From a bacterium (GTDB taxonomy: Bacteria; Patescibacteriota; UBA1384; CAILIB01): 64,000 bases of DNA. Positions 45,814 through 56,445 of the stretch are shown here, in pieces. The stretch lies in the NCBI GenBank assembly GCA_037131105.1, contig JBAXRQ010000001.1:66039-130038 (forward strand), written 5' to 3'. Numbering within the stretch: position 1 is the stretch's first letter; each line of letters begins with the position of its first letter. The translations under genes were made by a program, and so were the position numbers. Below the pieces are notes generated by a model that saw only the letters and a list, made by a program, of their open reading frames with translations, ran no database searches and had not been told where the DNA came from.

Positions 45814-45875
45814 CCGGGAGGGCCGGCTAGCGTCCGAGCGGAAACCTCCGCACTTGTCGGTGCGGCAGCGAGGAC
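45814..45875 (+). repeat. conserved roughly 60-nt element, copy B, followed by a degenerate half-copy at 45887-45914
   Basis: same consensus as copy A; hairpin gcacttgtcggtgc. Confidence 0.6.
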
Positions 45876-45994
45876 GAGTCCTTTTCCGGGAGGGTTGGCT
45901 AGGACGTGAGCGGTATCCTCTGTGCGCGTCCCGCACCAGCGAAGGTCTTCCTCGTAGTGCTCCCGATTGAGTTTCAGGCAAAGTTGTTTGTTGT

Positions 45995-46024
45995 TTGCAT
46001 CCCCTTGCCGTTCTCCTCTATACT
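45995..46024 (+). promoter_or_regulatory. sigma70-like promoter TTGCAT-18-TATACT
   Basis: upstream of the 46056 start, which has an AAAGGGGGG SD. Confidence 0.45.
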
Positions 46025-46055
46025 GAACCTAGAACGTTTGAGCCTAAAGGGGGGA

Positions 46056-47765
46056 ATGCCACACGCAACTATTGAGCAACATGTGCAGAAGCTGGACGAG
46101 CGCGTTGAGCGTCTGGAACGTCGTGTAGACGCTTCCTGGCATCGTCGTCTCCTTGCCTCCATTCGTGCTCTGACCCCTGGTGAGGTTTTGCATATGACTG
46201 GTTGGCTGCTTGTGACCGTCTCTGCTCTTTCCCTCTTTGCCACCAACGACAGCGCCGACACCAGCGTGCTGGTTTCCTGCGTCGGTCTGCTGGCCGGATT
46301 GTGGCTAGTATTTAGGGACTCTTCCTGGCCTCGCATCAGCCAGTCTACTCGTCATCTACTCCAAGAGGAGCGCAGTGCTCGTCGCATTCATGCTACTAGC
46401 CAGCACCAGCCGTTCTTTTCCTTTGCCAAAGAGGACACATCCTGGCAGGCTATGACTGGTTACTACCTAGTTCTAGCTGCTTCGCTCTTATTTGCTCTAG
46501 TGTATGCATGGTTGGTTCTCACCTATCTTCCTGAAGGTGCTTGGCAGCTATGGGGGGCATTGCTGGTGCCTACCGTGGGTCTGGCCTATTCCCTAGCTGG
46601 CTCTCATCGCTCACTACTGTACTTCTCCTTGGTCGCTGTCTTCTTGCTGCTGAGCTTCACCCAGGCTCCGCTCTTTGCCCTGGGATATCTTACCCTTCTG
46701 GCCCTAGCCTTCGTCGCGTGGGTCTGGATGAGCCGTGATTGGCCCTCTCTGCTTCTGGTAGTGGCAGGAAGTTACGCAGTACTTGCTCGCTGGGCACTCT
46801 ATCCTGAAAGCTCCGCCACCATTTTGATGGTACTGCTGACTTCCCTCATCCTTTCGCTTGCCTTCGTACTTCCTTTTGCTCTGTTCCGCCGCGAGGCTGC
46901 GAATCGAGAGTTTGTCCGCCGGACCATATTTGGTAGCGTGGCGGCTTTCGTGCTGTTGCCCCTCCTACTACCTGGTAATCCTGTTTTCTCAGTAGCCTGG
47001 ATGGAGTCAGCCGGCCTGTATCTGCTAGTACTTATTGCTTTGGGCCTCATTAGCCTTATGCGCTACGGACGCTATTCCTTTGCCAAGTACTACGGCATAG
47101 CGGCTTTGGGACTACTCATGCTGGTGGCGCTGCTGGCGGGCAATACCGGGCTTACTAGTATCCTCTGGTTTGCCGTAAGTATCATTGCCCTGGGACTGGG
47201 CTTCTCAGTAGGGAGCTACAGCGTACGTACCGTCGGGCTCTGCTTGCTCGGGCTTACGCTTCTCTATTATCTTTCCGCCATTTTCCCCTATCCTACTTTG
47301 GTTCCCGGTCCCTTCCTGCTCCAGCAGCGTATCTGGCTGGGGGCAATATTTGCGCTGTTCCTTCCGGTGCTTGGGTTCTGGTATCGCGACCTTCCGGCTG
47401 GTGAGCCTGAGACGGCCGAGCGAAGCTATATCATTGAGCTGCTCTATGTAGGGTCCTTCATGCTGCTGCTTGGCATCGGCTGGGTTGGCTTTCAGGCTCC
47501 GGCCCAGACTGTATTTTGGTTGGTAGTGGGAGGTGTGTACCTCCTGGCTGGGCGTATTCAGAAGCTGCAGGTGGTCCAGTCTTTGGCTATCGCTGGGATG
47601 CTTTCGGGACTGGGCAAATACTTCTTCTTTGACAGCCTTTCATTGCCAAGAGAGGATCGCATTGCCATGCTGGCTGGGTTCGCTGTGTTGGCGCTACTGG
47701 CGGGCGTGCATCTCATCAGACATGTTTCCAAACCTCATATTACCCGTAAGTCAGAAACCCTATGA
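46056..47765 (+). CDS. large polytopic membrane protein with N-terminal coiled coil (DUF2339-like)
   Basis: start at M51 of the ORF-track ORF (good SD and promoter); at least 14 TM. Confidence 0.5.
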   Translation: MPHATIEQHVQKLDERVERLERRVDASWHRRLLASIRALTPGEVLHMTGWLLVTVSALSLFATNDSADTSVLVSCVGLLAGLWLVFRDSSWPRISQSTRHLLQEERSARRIHATSQHQPFFSFAKEDTSWQAMTGYYLVLAASLLFALVYAWLVLTYLPEGAWQLWGALLVPTVGLAYSLAGSHRSLLYFSLVAVFLLLSFTQAPLFALGYLTLLALAFVAWVWMSRDWPSLLLVVAGSYAVLARWALYPESSATILMVLLTSLILSLAFVLPFALFRREAANREFVRRTIFGSVAAFVLLPLLLPGNPVFSVAWMESAGLYLLVLIALGLISLMRYGRYSFAKYYGIAALGLLMLVALLAGNTGLTSILWFAVSIIALGLGFSVGSYSVRTVGLCLLGLTLLYYLSAIFPYPTLVPGPFLLQQRIWLGAIFALFLPVLGFWYRDLPAGEPETAERSYIIELLYVGSFMLLLGIGWVGFQAPAQTVFWLVVGGVYLLAGRIQKLQVVQSLAIAGMLSGLGKYFFFDSLSLPREDRIAMLAGFAVLALLAGVHLIRHVSKPHITRKSETL

Positions 47766-48418
47766 TCCCGCGCATTTCTGAAGTGCATGTCAGGTGGATA
47801 ATCGCTGAGCTCATCGGTACTTTACTGCTAACTGTGACCATCGGGGTGACTGCTATTGGCGGCGAACTGTATCTAAACCTGTATCGTTCCCTGTATTCGC
47901 CACTACTTATTGGCCTGGTCATAACCGTTCTGGTCTATCTGTTCGGCTCGGTCAGTGGTGCTCATTTCAATCCTGCCGTGACCATCTCGCTTTGGGTGGT
48001 TCGGAAGATAAAGCACGAACAGCTGGTTATTTACGTTGTATCTCAAATCGTTGGTGCTTATGTAGGTCTGCGTCTAGTGAAGCTCTTACTGGGAACGGCA
48101 CCTCAATTTTCAGGGGTGACTACCAGCGCGGCTATGCTGGCCGAGGCCATGGGAGCTTTTGTCCTGGTACTTGCTGTGACGTCGGTTGTGATAGGGAGGG
48201 TATCTGAATCGCTGAGCGGTTTGGTTATCGGACTGGCTCTGGTCATCGGCATCAGCATTGCCCTGATTCCCAGCGGCGGCGTATTGAACCCGGCGGTCGC
48301 CCTTAGCCTGGGTGCTATTCATTTTGTCTACTTGCTAGCTCCTATAGTTGGAGGCATCTGCGGCGCCGTGCTTGCAGTGGTGATTGGTGGATCAGAGGAA
48401 GAAAAAGCAAAGGTCTAG
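47762..48418 (+). CDS. MIP-family aquaporin/glycerol facilitator
   Basis: two NPA boxes: SGAHFNPAVT and GGVLNPAVAL. Confidence 0.85.
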   Translation: MIPRISEVHVRWIIAELIGTLLLTVTIGVTAIGGELYLNLYRSLYSPLLIGLVITVLVYLFGSVSGAHFNPAVTISLWVVRKIKHEQLVIYVVSQIVGAYVGLRLVKLLLGTAPQFSGVTTSAAMLAEAMGAFVLVLAVTSVVIGRVSESLSGLVIGLALVIGISIALIPSGGVLNPAVALSLGAIHFVYLLAPIVGGICGAVLAVVIGGSEEEKAKV

Positions 48419-48425
48419 GGGTATA

Positions 48426-49181
48426 ATGGCCAACCAGGAGATACTCAAGCGCGAGCAGCGCATCGAAGAGCTTGAGCTACAGGCTAGCAAAAAGCTGGAG
48501 TTCTTCCTGGCCGCTTCGCACCAGCTGAAGTCGCCCTTGGCCATCATTCAGTGGTGTCTGCAGACCGTCCTGGAGTCAAAGGAGGTAGTCGGCAAGGACC
48601 GTGAGCTGGTTCAGACCTCTATCGTGCAGGCTGAGGCCATGACTAGTCTGGTTACCGACATGCTGCATGTATTCAGGTTGTCAGACCGGCAGAACCGACG
48701 CCAGGAGTACGTGGCGGTGAATATGAACGGGCTCATTGACACGGTGCTGAAGGAATATGAGATGACGGCCAGCCAGAAGGGCATCCATCTGATCCGCGGG
48801 CCCATCGAGGTGCTGCCTACTATCTACGCCGACCAGGCCTATCTACGCCAGGCAGTCATCAATCTCATTACCAATGCCATCAAGTACTCAAGTGATGGCA
48901 GCTCGGTGACGGTCACGTCCCAGACTTCGGCTGACGGCTGGATCGAGGTGGCAGTAGAAGATCACGGCATCGGTATGACCGAGGCCGACCAGCAGCGTCT
49001 ATTTAGTGAGTTTTTCCGCAGTGAAGAGGCCCGCCAGATCGCCCATGAAGGGACCGGATTGGGGCTGGTACTGGTGAAGCGGATCATTGAGGAGCTCGGC
49101 GGAGAAGTGAAGGTGAAGAGCGAGCTGCACAAAGGATCTACATTTACCCTTAGGCTGCCGGTCGGAAACAGCCCAGAATAA
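48426..49181 (+). CDS. cytoplasmic sensor histidine kinase (HisKA + HATPase_c), orphan
   Basis: H-box AASHQLKSPL; N, G1, G2 boxes (NAIKYS, DHGIGM, GTGLGL); no TM and no adjacent response regulator. Confidence 0.75.
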   Translation: MANQEILKREQRIEELELQASKKLEFFLAASHQLKSPLAIIQWCLQTVLESKEVVGKDRELVQTSIVQAEAMTSLVTDMLHVFRLSDRQNRRQEYVAVNMNGLIDTVLKEYEMTASQKGIHLIRGPIEVLPTIYADQAYLRQAVINLITNAIKYSSDGSSVTVTSQTSADGWIEVAVEDHGIGMTEADQQRLFSEFFRSEEARQIAHEGTGLGLVLVKRIIEELGGEVKVKSELHKGSTFTLRLPVGNSPE

Positions 49182-50147
49182 AGAACGACGCCCCCGGCCG
49201 AATGGCCGGAGGCGGTTGGCGAACGTGCGGAGAACGTCGAGGGGACGTTGCCAGCGAGGTCGCGGTGCACCGGGAGGTGCGAACCTGAAGTGGGCTTCTC
49301 GTGTATTTGAGTTCTGCTGGGCATTCCAGCTGTAGTCAAACAGAAAAGCGTCGTTGGTGCCAAGTCCTTTCAAGAATTGAAAGCTGGCGTGGTCTTGTTC
49401 AACCGAGAAGGTGAAGGGGACCATGCCGTGCGAAGAGTGGATCACGGCCTCTATGCAATACTGGGAGGAATAGAGCGACTGGGCCAAGGGGCGCGTCACA
49501 TTGGCCAGACGCAAGCCCAAAAGGCAGTTGATGGTACGAGCCTCCTTCCAGGTTGGGCATTCCTCGATGCCGCCGTATCCCAGGCGCCACACGATATCTT
49601 GGCTGGCATGCAGCAGTATCATGAGAACGTTCCTGCCGGGGCGCTTAAGTCGAGAGAGATGGACCTTCATGTCCTGGGCGATCTCGTACACGACATTACC
49701 GCGGGGCCAACCGGAATCCATCGCTTCTTTCATTTCCATAGCTATGACATCGAGACCTTTGGTAAAGAGCAGGCCAGACAGCCAACCGAATTGGTACACT
49801 ACGACGACTATGGACCATTGGCTGATGTCGGGTGTGAGCATTGCCACTCTGGCGGCACTGAGTCCCATGAGAAACGCCGTGAGTTGCATGAGTAGGCCGA
49901 GGACAATGGCGGATATCGGCTCCGGTGGGTGGGGCTTATAAAGCCTGTCCATAAGCAGAAGTGTGGGAACGCCGCTGGCTAGGGCTGCAAGGAATAAGAC
50001 GAAGGGGTCTGTCTTACCCAGATACGTGACAAAACTCGTGCCGCATATCGCTATGGAAATCGCTACCGTGTATAGCACGGCCTTGCCGGTTACCTGGCCT
50101 GCAAACGAACAAACTGATCTGAACACAAGAGTACCTCTCTCAATCAA
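48999..50147 (-). CDS. hypothetical membrane protein; 3' about 180 nt overlap the convergent HK gene
   Basis: N-terminal 4 TM plus soluble region look genuine; last about 110 aa are Arg/Pro-rich antisense-looking translation. Confidence 0.35.
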   Translation of the reverse strand: MIERGTLVFRSVCSFAGQVTGKAVLYTVAISIAICGTSFVTYLGKTDPFVLFLAALASGVPTLLLMDRLYKPHPPEPISAIVLGLLMQLTAFLMGLSAARVAMLTPDISQWSIVVVVYQFGWLSGLLFTKGLDVIAMEMKEAMDSGWPRGNVVYEIAQDMKVHLSRLKRPGRNVLMILLHASQDIVWRLGYGGIEECPTWKEARTINCLLGLRLANVTRPLAQSLYSSQYCIEAVIHSSHGMVPFTFSVEQDHASFQFLKGLGTNDAFLFDYSWNAQQNSNTREAHFRFAPPGAPRPRWQRPLDVLRTFANRLRPFGRGRRSLFWAVSDRQPKGKCRSFVQLALHLHFSAELLNDPLHQYQPQSGPFMGDLAGLFTAEKLTK

Positions 50148-50185
50148 GATTGTGTCAAAGCGGCAACACTAACCGTTTTATACCA

Positions 50186-51979
50186 CTACCGCTTCAGCAG
50201 GTCAATAAATACCTGGGTAGGGATCTGGACGTTGCCGAACTGCTTCATCCGCTTCTTACCCTTTTTCTGCTTCTCGAGCAGTTTGTTTTTTCGGGTAACG
50301 TCGCCGCCGTAGAGCTTGGCGGTCACGTCTTTGCGCACGGCTGAGATGGTCTCGCGGGCGATGATCTTGCCGCCAATGGTGGCCTGCAGGGCTACTTCAA
50401 AGTTATGGCGGGGAATGAGCTCCTTGAGCTTTTCCACAGTGGCCCGGCCGATACCTACCGAGCTTTCGCGGGGACAAACGCTGGAGAGGGCCTCCACGTC
50501 ATTGCCGGCCACCATGATGTCCAGGCGGACCAGGTCGGCGGTCCGGTAGCCGATGATTTCGTAGCTCATTGAGGCGTAGCCGGCGCTGACTGACTTCAGG
50601 TGGTCGTAGTAGTTCACGACTATCTCGGAAAGCGGCACCTCGTAGCTCAGGACTACCCGCTCCTCGTCGAGGAACTGGGTCTCCTGGTAGACGCCGCGGC
50701 GCTGCTGGGTGAGATCCATGATGGAGCCCATGTAGTTCTTGGGAGTGACCACTTCCAGCTTGATCCAGGGCTCACGAGTTTCGCTGATCTGGGACTGATC
50801 GGGTAGTTCACTGGGATTGTGCACCTCGAGTTCCTTGCCGGCCGTGGTGACGATGCGATAGGCGACTGAGGGGACGGTGGCGATCACTTCGACGTCATAC
50901 TCGCGGGCCAGCCGCTCAATGACAATCTCCATGTGCAGCATGCCAAGGAAGCCACAGCGGAAGCCAAATCCCAAGGCCTGGGAATGCTCGGGCACATAAC
51001 TCAGTGAGGCGTCGTTTAGCTTCAGCTTGCCGATGGAGTCACGCAGCTCTGGATATTCGTCAGTATCAAGGGCGTAAAGCGAGGCGAAGACCATGGGGGT
51101 GACTACCCTGTAGCCGGGCAGTGCCTCGGGCAGCTCGCGTCCGTCACCGGTAATGGTGTCTCCGATACCGATATCGCTGACTTCCTTGAGTCCAGTGACG
51201 ATGTAGCCGATCTCTCCTGTTTCCAGGCTGGCTGACTTGTTGCGGCTAGGTAGAAAATAGCCGACTTCCAAGGCCTCGGTGGTCTTATTCCCCTGGATCA
51301 GGCGCACCTTAGTGTCAGAGCGGAGGCTGCCATCCATGACTCTGACGTAGGCGACTACTCCACGGTAGGGATCATAGATACAGTCAAAAACCAGGGCTCG
51401 TAGTGGTTTCTCAGCTGGTAGTTCGGGTGCCGGGACATGTTTCACTACGGCGTCCAGGATGTCGGTGACGCCCAGGCCGGTCTTGCCAGAAGCGAAGATG
51501 ATCTCGTCGGGGGAGCAGCCGATCAGCTTAATCAGTTCCTGGGCCCGTCGCTCAGGCTCGGCGTGGGGGAGGTCGATCTTGTTGATGACCGGGATGATGG
51601 TCAGTCCCTGCTCAATGGCCTGGTAGAGGGTGGAAAGGGTCTGGGCCTGGACGCCTTGGGATGCATCCACAAGTAATACGGCGCCTTCAACGGCCGCCAG
51701 AGAGCGGGAAACCTCATAGGAAAAGTCGACGTGGCCGGGGGTATCGATGAGGTTTAGGAGGTATTCCTGGCCTTCGGTGGAGTAATGCATCCGTACCGGC
51801 TGCAGCTTGATGGTGATGCCGCGCTCGCGCTCAAGGTCCATGGTGTCCAGGAGTTGTTCTTGCATGTCACGGTCTGCCACCGTGTGGGTGAGCTCGAGCA
51901 TGCGGTCAGCCAGGGTGGATTTCCCGTGATCGACGTGGGCGATGATGCAGAAGTTTCGAATCGGGAGATTACTCATCAA
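50186..51979 (-). CDS. lepA: elongation factor 4
   Basis: IRNFCIIAHVDHGKSTLADR and LepA-specific C-terminus. Confidence 0.95.
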   Translation of the reverse strand: MMSNLPIRNFCIIAHVDHGKSTLADRMLELTHTVADRDMQEQLLDTMDLERERGITIKLQPVRMHYSTEGQEYLLNLIDTPGHVDFSYEVSRSLAAVEGAVLLVDASQGVQAQTLSTLYQAIEQGLTIIPVINKIDLPHAEPERRAQELIKLIGCSPDEIIFASGKTGLGVTDILDAVVKHVPAPELPAEKPLRALVFDCIYDPYRGVVAYVRVMDGSLRSDTKVRLIQGNKTTEALEVGYFLPSRNKSASLETGEIGYIVTGLKEVSDIGIGDTITGDGRELPEALPGYRVVTPMVFASLYALDTDEYPELRDSIGKLKLNDASLSYVPEHSQALGFGFRCGFLGMLHMEIVIERLAREYDVEVIATVPSVAYRIVTTAGKELEVHNPSELPDQSQISETREPWIKLEVVTPKNYMGSIMDLTQQRRGVYQETQFLDEERVVLSYEVPLSEIVVNYYDHLKSVSAGYASMSYEIIGYRTADLVRLDIMVAGNDVEALSSVCPRESSVGIGRATVEKLKELIPRHNFEVALQATIGGKIIARETISAVRKDVTAKLYGGDVTRKNKLLEKQKKGKKRMKQFGNVQIPTQVFIDLLKR

Positions 51980-51983
51980 AAGA

Positions 51984-52370
51984 TTAAGGTGTAGAAGTGG
52001 GGATCTGACTGGCTGCGGCCTTCTTGGCAGCGTCTATCTGGGCCTGGACCTGTTTGTCAGCTTCTTTCTGAATGGCGTCTTTGGCTGCGTTTCCGGCCTG
52101 CTCCTTGGCCTGATCGGCCGAGTTTTGTACGCTTTGGCCGAGGTTCTGCTTGATCTGGTTCAGGAAGTCATCATTGGCGTTTACACCGTTGGTAGTGGGG
52201 ACTACTAAGTTCAAATGGAATAGCCGGCTGTGCTTGACGATAGAGCCAAGCTGCAAGAGTATCAATCCTACTACAATGAGGTATGCTACCACGATGGCCG
52301 CCACCCAACTGCACCCCGCGTAGGGAGTGTGGTCTACCGGCCCCTCGACAAGACCTTGCTCTGCAGCCAT
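51984..52370 (-). CDS. hypothetical single-TM protein with Ala/Lys/Gln-rich tail
   Basis: TM then low-complexity C-terminus. Confidence 0.4.
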   Translation of the reverse strand: MAAEQGLVEGPVDHTPYAGCSWVAAIVVAYLIVVGLILLQLGSIVKHSRLFHLNLVVPTTNGVNANDDFLNQIKQNLGQSVQNSADQAKEQAGNAAKDAIQKEADKQVQAQIDAAKKAAASQIPTSTP

Positions 52371-53920
52371 GAAAGTTCCTCCTTATTTCTGATGCTACTA
52401 TAGCCAAAATAGACTAACATTCCAACTCCTGCAGCCAAGAAGGTCTGTACAAGTAAGCCTAGGACCTTTTCGGTGCCAAATCCTGGCGTAAAGGTGTATG
52501 CGTAATCGACGGCATGAAGGGTAAGCCACGTTGCTCCTGCCAGTAGGATGGAGCCGACGCCAGAGACCAGAGTTATATGACTGAGAAGCTGGGTAGAGAG
52601 GTTGAGATGATTGCGCCGATGTAGGATTACCAGGTAGAGCACGCACTGGACACTGGCGATAAGGGTCTCACTGACCGCGAGCGTGGCAACCGTGGAGTGG
52701 AAGTAACGGATACCGATTATGCTGAGGACAATACCGCAGGCAGCACTTACTGAAGTAATGATCAGAGGAGTCTTGGTATCCTTGGTGGCGTAAAACACCC
52801 GGGCGAGAATAACTACCAGGGATGAAGGAATGATACCGATAATGAACCAGGTGAACGTGGCGATGGCGATGTCGGTAAGCTCCCAGTTGGTGTGGCCGAT
52901 GCCTATGTATAGCCGGACAATCTGGGCCCGTAGGACTAAGCTCATAACCAAGGTGGGTAGGAGTAAAAAGAGGCTTACTCTAATGACTTTGGTTAGGAGG
53001 TGGCTCATCTCCTCCCACTTCTCACTAGCCACTTGGGTAGCCAGAGCGGGGAAGACGGCGGTAGCAAGCGAGTTGGCAATGATCACTGTAGGAGTGGTTT
53101 GCAAGTCATTCATACCACTGAAGATGGCAATCGAGCCGGCGGTAAGTCCGGAGGCCAGGCTGGTATAGACCAATAGGACAATCTGGTTCATGCCCTGGCT
53201 GAGGCTCCTGGGAACCATCAGGCGGGCTACCGTCTTTACTTCCTCGCTCAGGCGCAGGTCGATGCGGGGAATGAAGCCGATTCTCCAGGCTTCGACAAGC
53301 TGGATCAGGAAATGCCCGAAGGCGCCGACTACCACTAGTAGTACCAGGATCTTCACCCCATGCTGGTTGGCTAGGACGCCGCCTACTATGAGGGCGATAT
53401 TGTAGACCAAAGGGGCCAGGGCGTAGCTGGTGAAGCGTCGGTAGCCGTTTAGCAGGGCTCCAATAATAAACGACCATGAGAAAAACAGGGCCTGGATGAG
53501 TAGTATCCGGCTTAGGAAGACCGTGTCTAGCTGGCGGGCGGCATCAAAGCCGTAGAACAGGTGACTGACCAGCCACGGCATGATGGCAGCCAGTATGCTG
53601 ATAAGCACCAGGATGGCCAGGCTAGCCCAGCTGAAGATCTGGTTGGTAACCCGTCGGGCCTCACCCTCCTTTTGATTAGCGATAAGCTCTGATAGTACCG
53701 GAATCACGGCACTGGTGACTGCACCGATGATCAGAAGGTTCAGTATGAAGTCAGCAATCCGGAAGCTGGCGAAGTAGACATCGAGCTGGCCTTTGTCGAT
53801 GAATCGGTAAAATACCAGGTTCCGCATCAAGCCGAGCCCGTTGCTGAGCAGTGCAGTAATCGCAAGCAACGTTGAAGCCTGGCGTACCGACTGGGACCGA
53901 AAGAGTGAGGGAAGGCCCAT
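52334..53920 (-). CDS. murJ: lipid II flippase MurJ
   Basis: 14-TM MOP/MviN architecture with MurJ-typical N-terminus. Confidence 0.8.
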   Translation of the reverse strand: MGLPSLFRSQSVRQASTLLAITALLSNGLGLMRNLVFYRFIDKGQLDVYFASFRIADFILNLLIIGAVTSAVIPVLSELIANQKEGEARRVTNQIFSWASLAILVLISILAAIMPWLVSHLFYGFDAARQLDTVFLSRILLIQALFFSWSFIIGALLNGYRRFTSYALAPLVYNIALIVGGVLANQHGVKILVLLVVVGAFGHFLIQLVEAWRIGFIPRIDLRLSEEVKTVARLMVPRSLSQGMNQIVLLVYTSLASGLTAGSIAIFSGMNDLQTTPTVIIANSLATAVFPALATQVASEKWEEMSHLLTKVIRVSLFLLLPTLVMSLVLRAQIVRLYIGIGHTNWELTDIAIATFTWFIIGIIPSSLVVILARVFYATKDTKTPLIITSVSAACGIVLSIIGIRYFHSTVATLAVSETLIASVQCVLYLVILHRRNHLNLSTQLLSHITLVSGVGSILLAGATWLTLHAVDYAYTFTPGFGTEKVLGLLVQTFLAAGVGMLVYFGYSSIRNKEELSWLQSKVLSRGR

Positions 53921-53923
53921 AGG

Positions 53924-55894
53924 CTAGGCCAGGGTTGTCTCGACCGGTGGCTTGTCCACCTTGGTACTGCTTTCCAAAATCTTAGTCAGTTCTTCGCCAC
54001 CGATGGTTTCTTTTTCTAGGAGCTGCTCGGTAAGAATCTCCAGGGCGCTACGGTACTTGGCGAGTACTTCCTTGGCCTTGGCCTTAGCTTCCTCGATGAT
54101 ACGGGTTACCTCGAGATCGATCTTTTCGGCAGTAGCCTCGGAGTAATCCTTCTCCTCACCCATGCTGCGGCCCAGGAACATCTGACCCTGGCGCTCACCG
54201 TAGGTGCGCATACCCAGCTTCTCACTCATGCCGTATTCGGTGACCATGGCCCGGGCTGTGGCGGTGGCCCGCTGCAGGTCATTGGAAGCACCAGTGGTAG
54301 GCTCGTTGAAGTACTGGATCTCGGCCAGCAGACCGCCCAGCATCATGGCGAGCTCGTCTTGGAACTTGCTGCGGGAGGTGGTGTGGGTGTCTTCGCGGGG
54401 TAGGCTCCAGGTCAGACCGAGGGCATTACCCCGGCTGATGATGGACACCTTATGCACGTCATTGGTGTTGGGAAGTACATGTCCGACGATAGCATGACCG
54501 GCCTCGTGAACGGCGGTGATCTTCTTCTCTTTTTCAGTAAGTACTCGGCTTGGGCGCTCTGGGCCAACCAGAATCTTCTCCACGGCTTCGTGCAGAATCT
54601 CCTGGGTAATTTCCTTAAGGCCGCCCCGGGCAGTAAGAATAGCAGCCTCGTTCATGACATTCTTAAGGTCGGCAGGGGACAGTCCGGCGGTCTGTCCGGC
54701 GATATCGTCAAGTTTCACGTTGGCTGCGATAGGCTTGTGGGCCGAGTAGACTTTCAGTACCTCTAGGCGCTCGCCGCGAGTGGGCAAGTCGACGGTAACC
54801 CGGCGGTCAAAGCGTCCGGGACGCAGCAGAGCGGGGTCGAGTACGTCAGGGCGGTTAGTAGCTGCCATGACGATGACCCCCTGGTCGGTATCGAAGCCGT
54901 CCATCTCGACAAGAATCTGGTTCAAGGTCTGCTCACGCTCATCGTGTCCACCGCCCATACCAGAGCCGCGCTGGCGTCCGATGGCATCAAGCTCATCGAT
55001 AAAGATGATACAAGGGCTGGTTTTCTTAGCCTTGGTAAAGAGGTCGCGGACGCGGGAGGCGCCTACACCCACAAACATCTCGACGAACTCTGAGGCTGAG
55101 ATTGAGTAAAATGGTACGCCTGCCTCACCGGCGACTGCCTTGGCCAGCAAGGTCTTACCGGTTCCAGGAGGGCCTACCAAGAGTACTCCCTTGGGGATCT
55201 CGGCGCCGATGCTCCTAAATTTACCAGGATTGCGTAAGAACTCTACTTCTTCCATGAGTTCCATCTTTGCCTCCTTCAGGCCGGCGACGTCCTTGAAACG
55301 GATCTTGGACATATTGGCGATCTTGGCCTTGCTCTGGCCGAAACTCATGGCCTTCATGTTGGCACCGGCGGTGGCGCGGAACATGTAGATGATCAGGCCG
55401 ACGATGATGAGGGCAGGTAGAAAGGTCTGCAGGAAGGCTAGGGCGATGGCGCTAGTGGAATCGTACTTTATGTCGATGCTGGTTTTATCAGAGGTAATGC
55501 CGTAATCCTTTAGGGAGTCGGCTGAGCGCACCGTCGACTTTTCCTGGCTGCCATCTTTAAGGTCGACTACCAGGTCGGTGTCGTTGTTTACGGTCACCTG
55601 TTTCACTTCGCCCTTGCCAACCTGGGTGGCCACCTGGGAGAGTGGGACCTCAGGGACAGTCTTGCGATTAGGGTTGTAGAAGTAGGAAAGGAGGGCGAGC
55701 GCGATAAGAATGCCGGCGATCCAATACAGGTTCCGGCCGCAGCCAGGAGTCTGCTCGGGCATCTGGGGCATCTTTAAGTTTGAGGGACGCTTGCCGGGCC
55801 GACGGGGTGGCTTTGGGCTTTGAGGGGTGGGTTTACCTTCAGCTTCCGGGTGAATACCCGACTGGTTTTCGTCCTGTGGTTCGGTGGTTGGCAT
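53924..55894 (-). CDS. ftsH: ATP-dependent zinc metalloprotease FtsH
   Basis: [18 protein letters not shown] Walker A, SRH region, HEAGHA zinc motif. Confidence 0.95.
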   Translation of the reverse strand: MPTTEPQDENQSGIHPEAEGKPTPQSPKPPRRPGKRPSNLKMPQMPEQTPGCGRNLYWIAGILIALALLSYFYNPNRKTVPEVPLSQVATQVGKGEVKQVTVNNDTDLVVDLKDGSQEKSTVRSADSLKDYGITSDKTSIDIKYDSTSAIALAFLQTFLPALIIVGLIIYMFRATAGANMKAMSFGQSKAKIANMSKIRFKDVAGLKEAKMELMEEVEFLRNPGKFRSIGAEIPKGVLLVGPPGTGKTLLAKAVAGEAGVPFYSISASEFVEMFVGVGASRVRDLFTKAKKTSPCIIFIDELDAIGRQRGSGMGGGHDEREQTLNQILVEMDGFDTDQGVIVMAATNRPDVLDPALLRPGRFDRRVTVDLPTRGERLEVLKVYSAHKPIAANVKLDDIAGQTAGLSPADLKNVMNEAAILTARGGLKEITQEILHEAVEKILVGPERPSRVLTEKEKKITAVHEAGHAIVGHVLPNTNDVHKVSIISRGNALGLTWSLPREDTHTTSRSKFQDELAMMLGGLLAEIQYFNEPTTGASNDLQRATATARAMVTEYGMSEKLGMRTYGERQGQMFLGRSMGEEKDYSEATAEKIDLEVTRIIEEAKAKAKEVLAKYRSALEILTEQLLEKETIGGEELTKILESSTKVDKPPVETTLA

Positions 55895-56097
55895 GAACTA
55901 TAAGGTTAGTCGGTAAGGTGGCTCACTTGACGCTCCGGCTGCAGTAGGGTAGTATTGCATCTGTAAGTGTCGTTCCGGAAGTTGTCGGTAGGCAGGGATG
56001 GCAGCATGCCAGCGTGCCCATGACAATTTCCAGTATGACAAAACCAGGCAAATTGTAAAGTCTGTTTTACATTTTTGTCTATTATTGTGTGACCCAA

Positions 56098-56174
56098 AGC
56101 GGGGTGGAGCAGCCCGGAAGCTCGTCTGGCTCATAACCAGAAGGTCGTTGGTTCAAATCCAACCCCCGCTACCA
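56098..56174 (+). tRNA. tRNA-Met (CAT), initiator-like body, CCA encoded
   Basis: AGCGGGGTGGAGCAGCC...CTCATAA...GGTTCAAATCC, close to bacterial tRNA-fMet but with an A1-U72 pair and only two G-C pairs in the anticodon stem. Confidence 0.8.
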
Positions 56175-56213
56175 AAGAAAAAGAACCAACTTCGGTTGGT
56201 TCTTTTTCTTTGT
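56175..56213 (+). terminator. terminator hairpin, same 38-nt sequence as the tRNA-Arg trailer
   Basis: aagaaaaagaaccaac-ttcg-gttggttctttttcttt. Confidence 0.8.
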
Positions 56214-56410
56214 CAGGAAGCTGGATTTGAACCGTGAGTTGGGTCGGAAGAACAGTAGTTCTTCCGTGGAGGAAGGTAGCCGCGAAGCGGCGTCAAGGAA
56301 ACCGTGGGTTTCCTGAAACGAGCGAAGTGCCTGCCGGAGGCGGCCGAAGCACTGGCGCTTCTCGCGTAAGCAAGCGGAGCGCTGCAGACGAGAAAGCCGT
56401 GGAGCGTAGC

Positions 56411-56445
56411 GGAACCGTTTGTTCAATTCCCAACCCCCGCATTGC
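56411..56445 (+). repeat. degenerate direct copy of the tRNA-Met 3' end (T-arm + acceptor + CCA)
   Basis: cgtttgttcaattcccaacccccgcattgcca vs tRNA cgttggttcaaatccaacccccgctacca. Confidence 0.5.

Noticed and set aside
49377-49941. Plus-strand ORFs 49377..49895 and 49501..49941
   Set aside because: They are antisense to the N-terminal 4-TM region of the 48999..50147 gene. They have no RBS and low-complexity translations.
53952-55388. Several 60-110-aa plus-strand ORFs inside ftsH
   Set aside because: They are antisense to a complete, highly conserved ftsH and are not independent genes.
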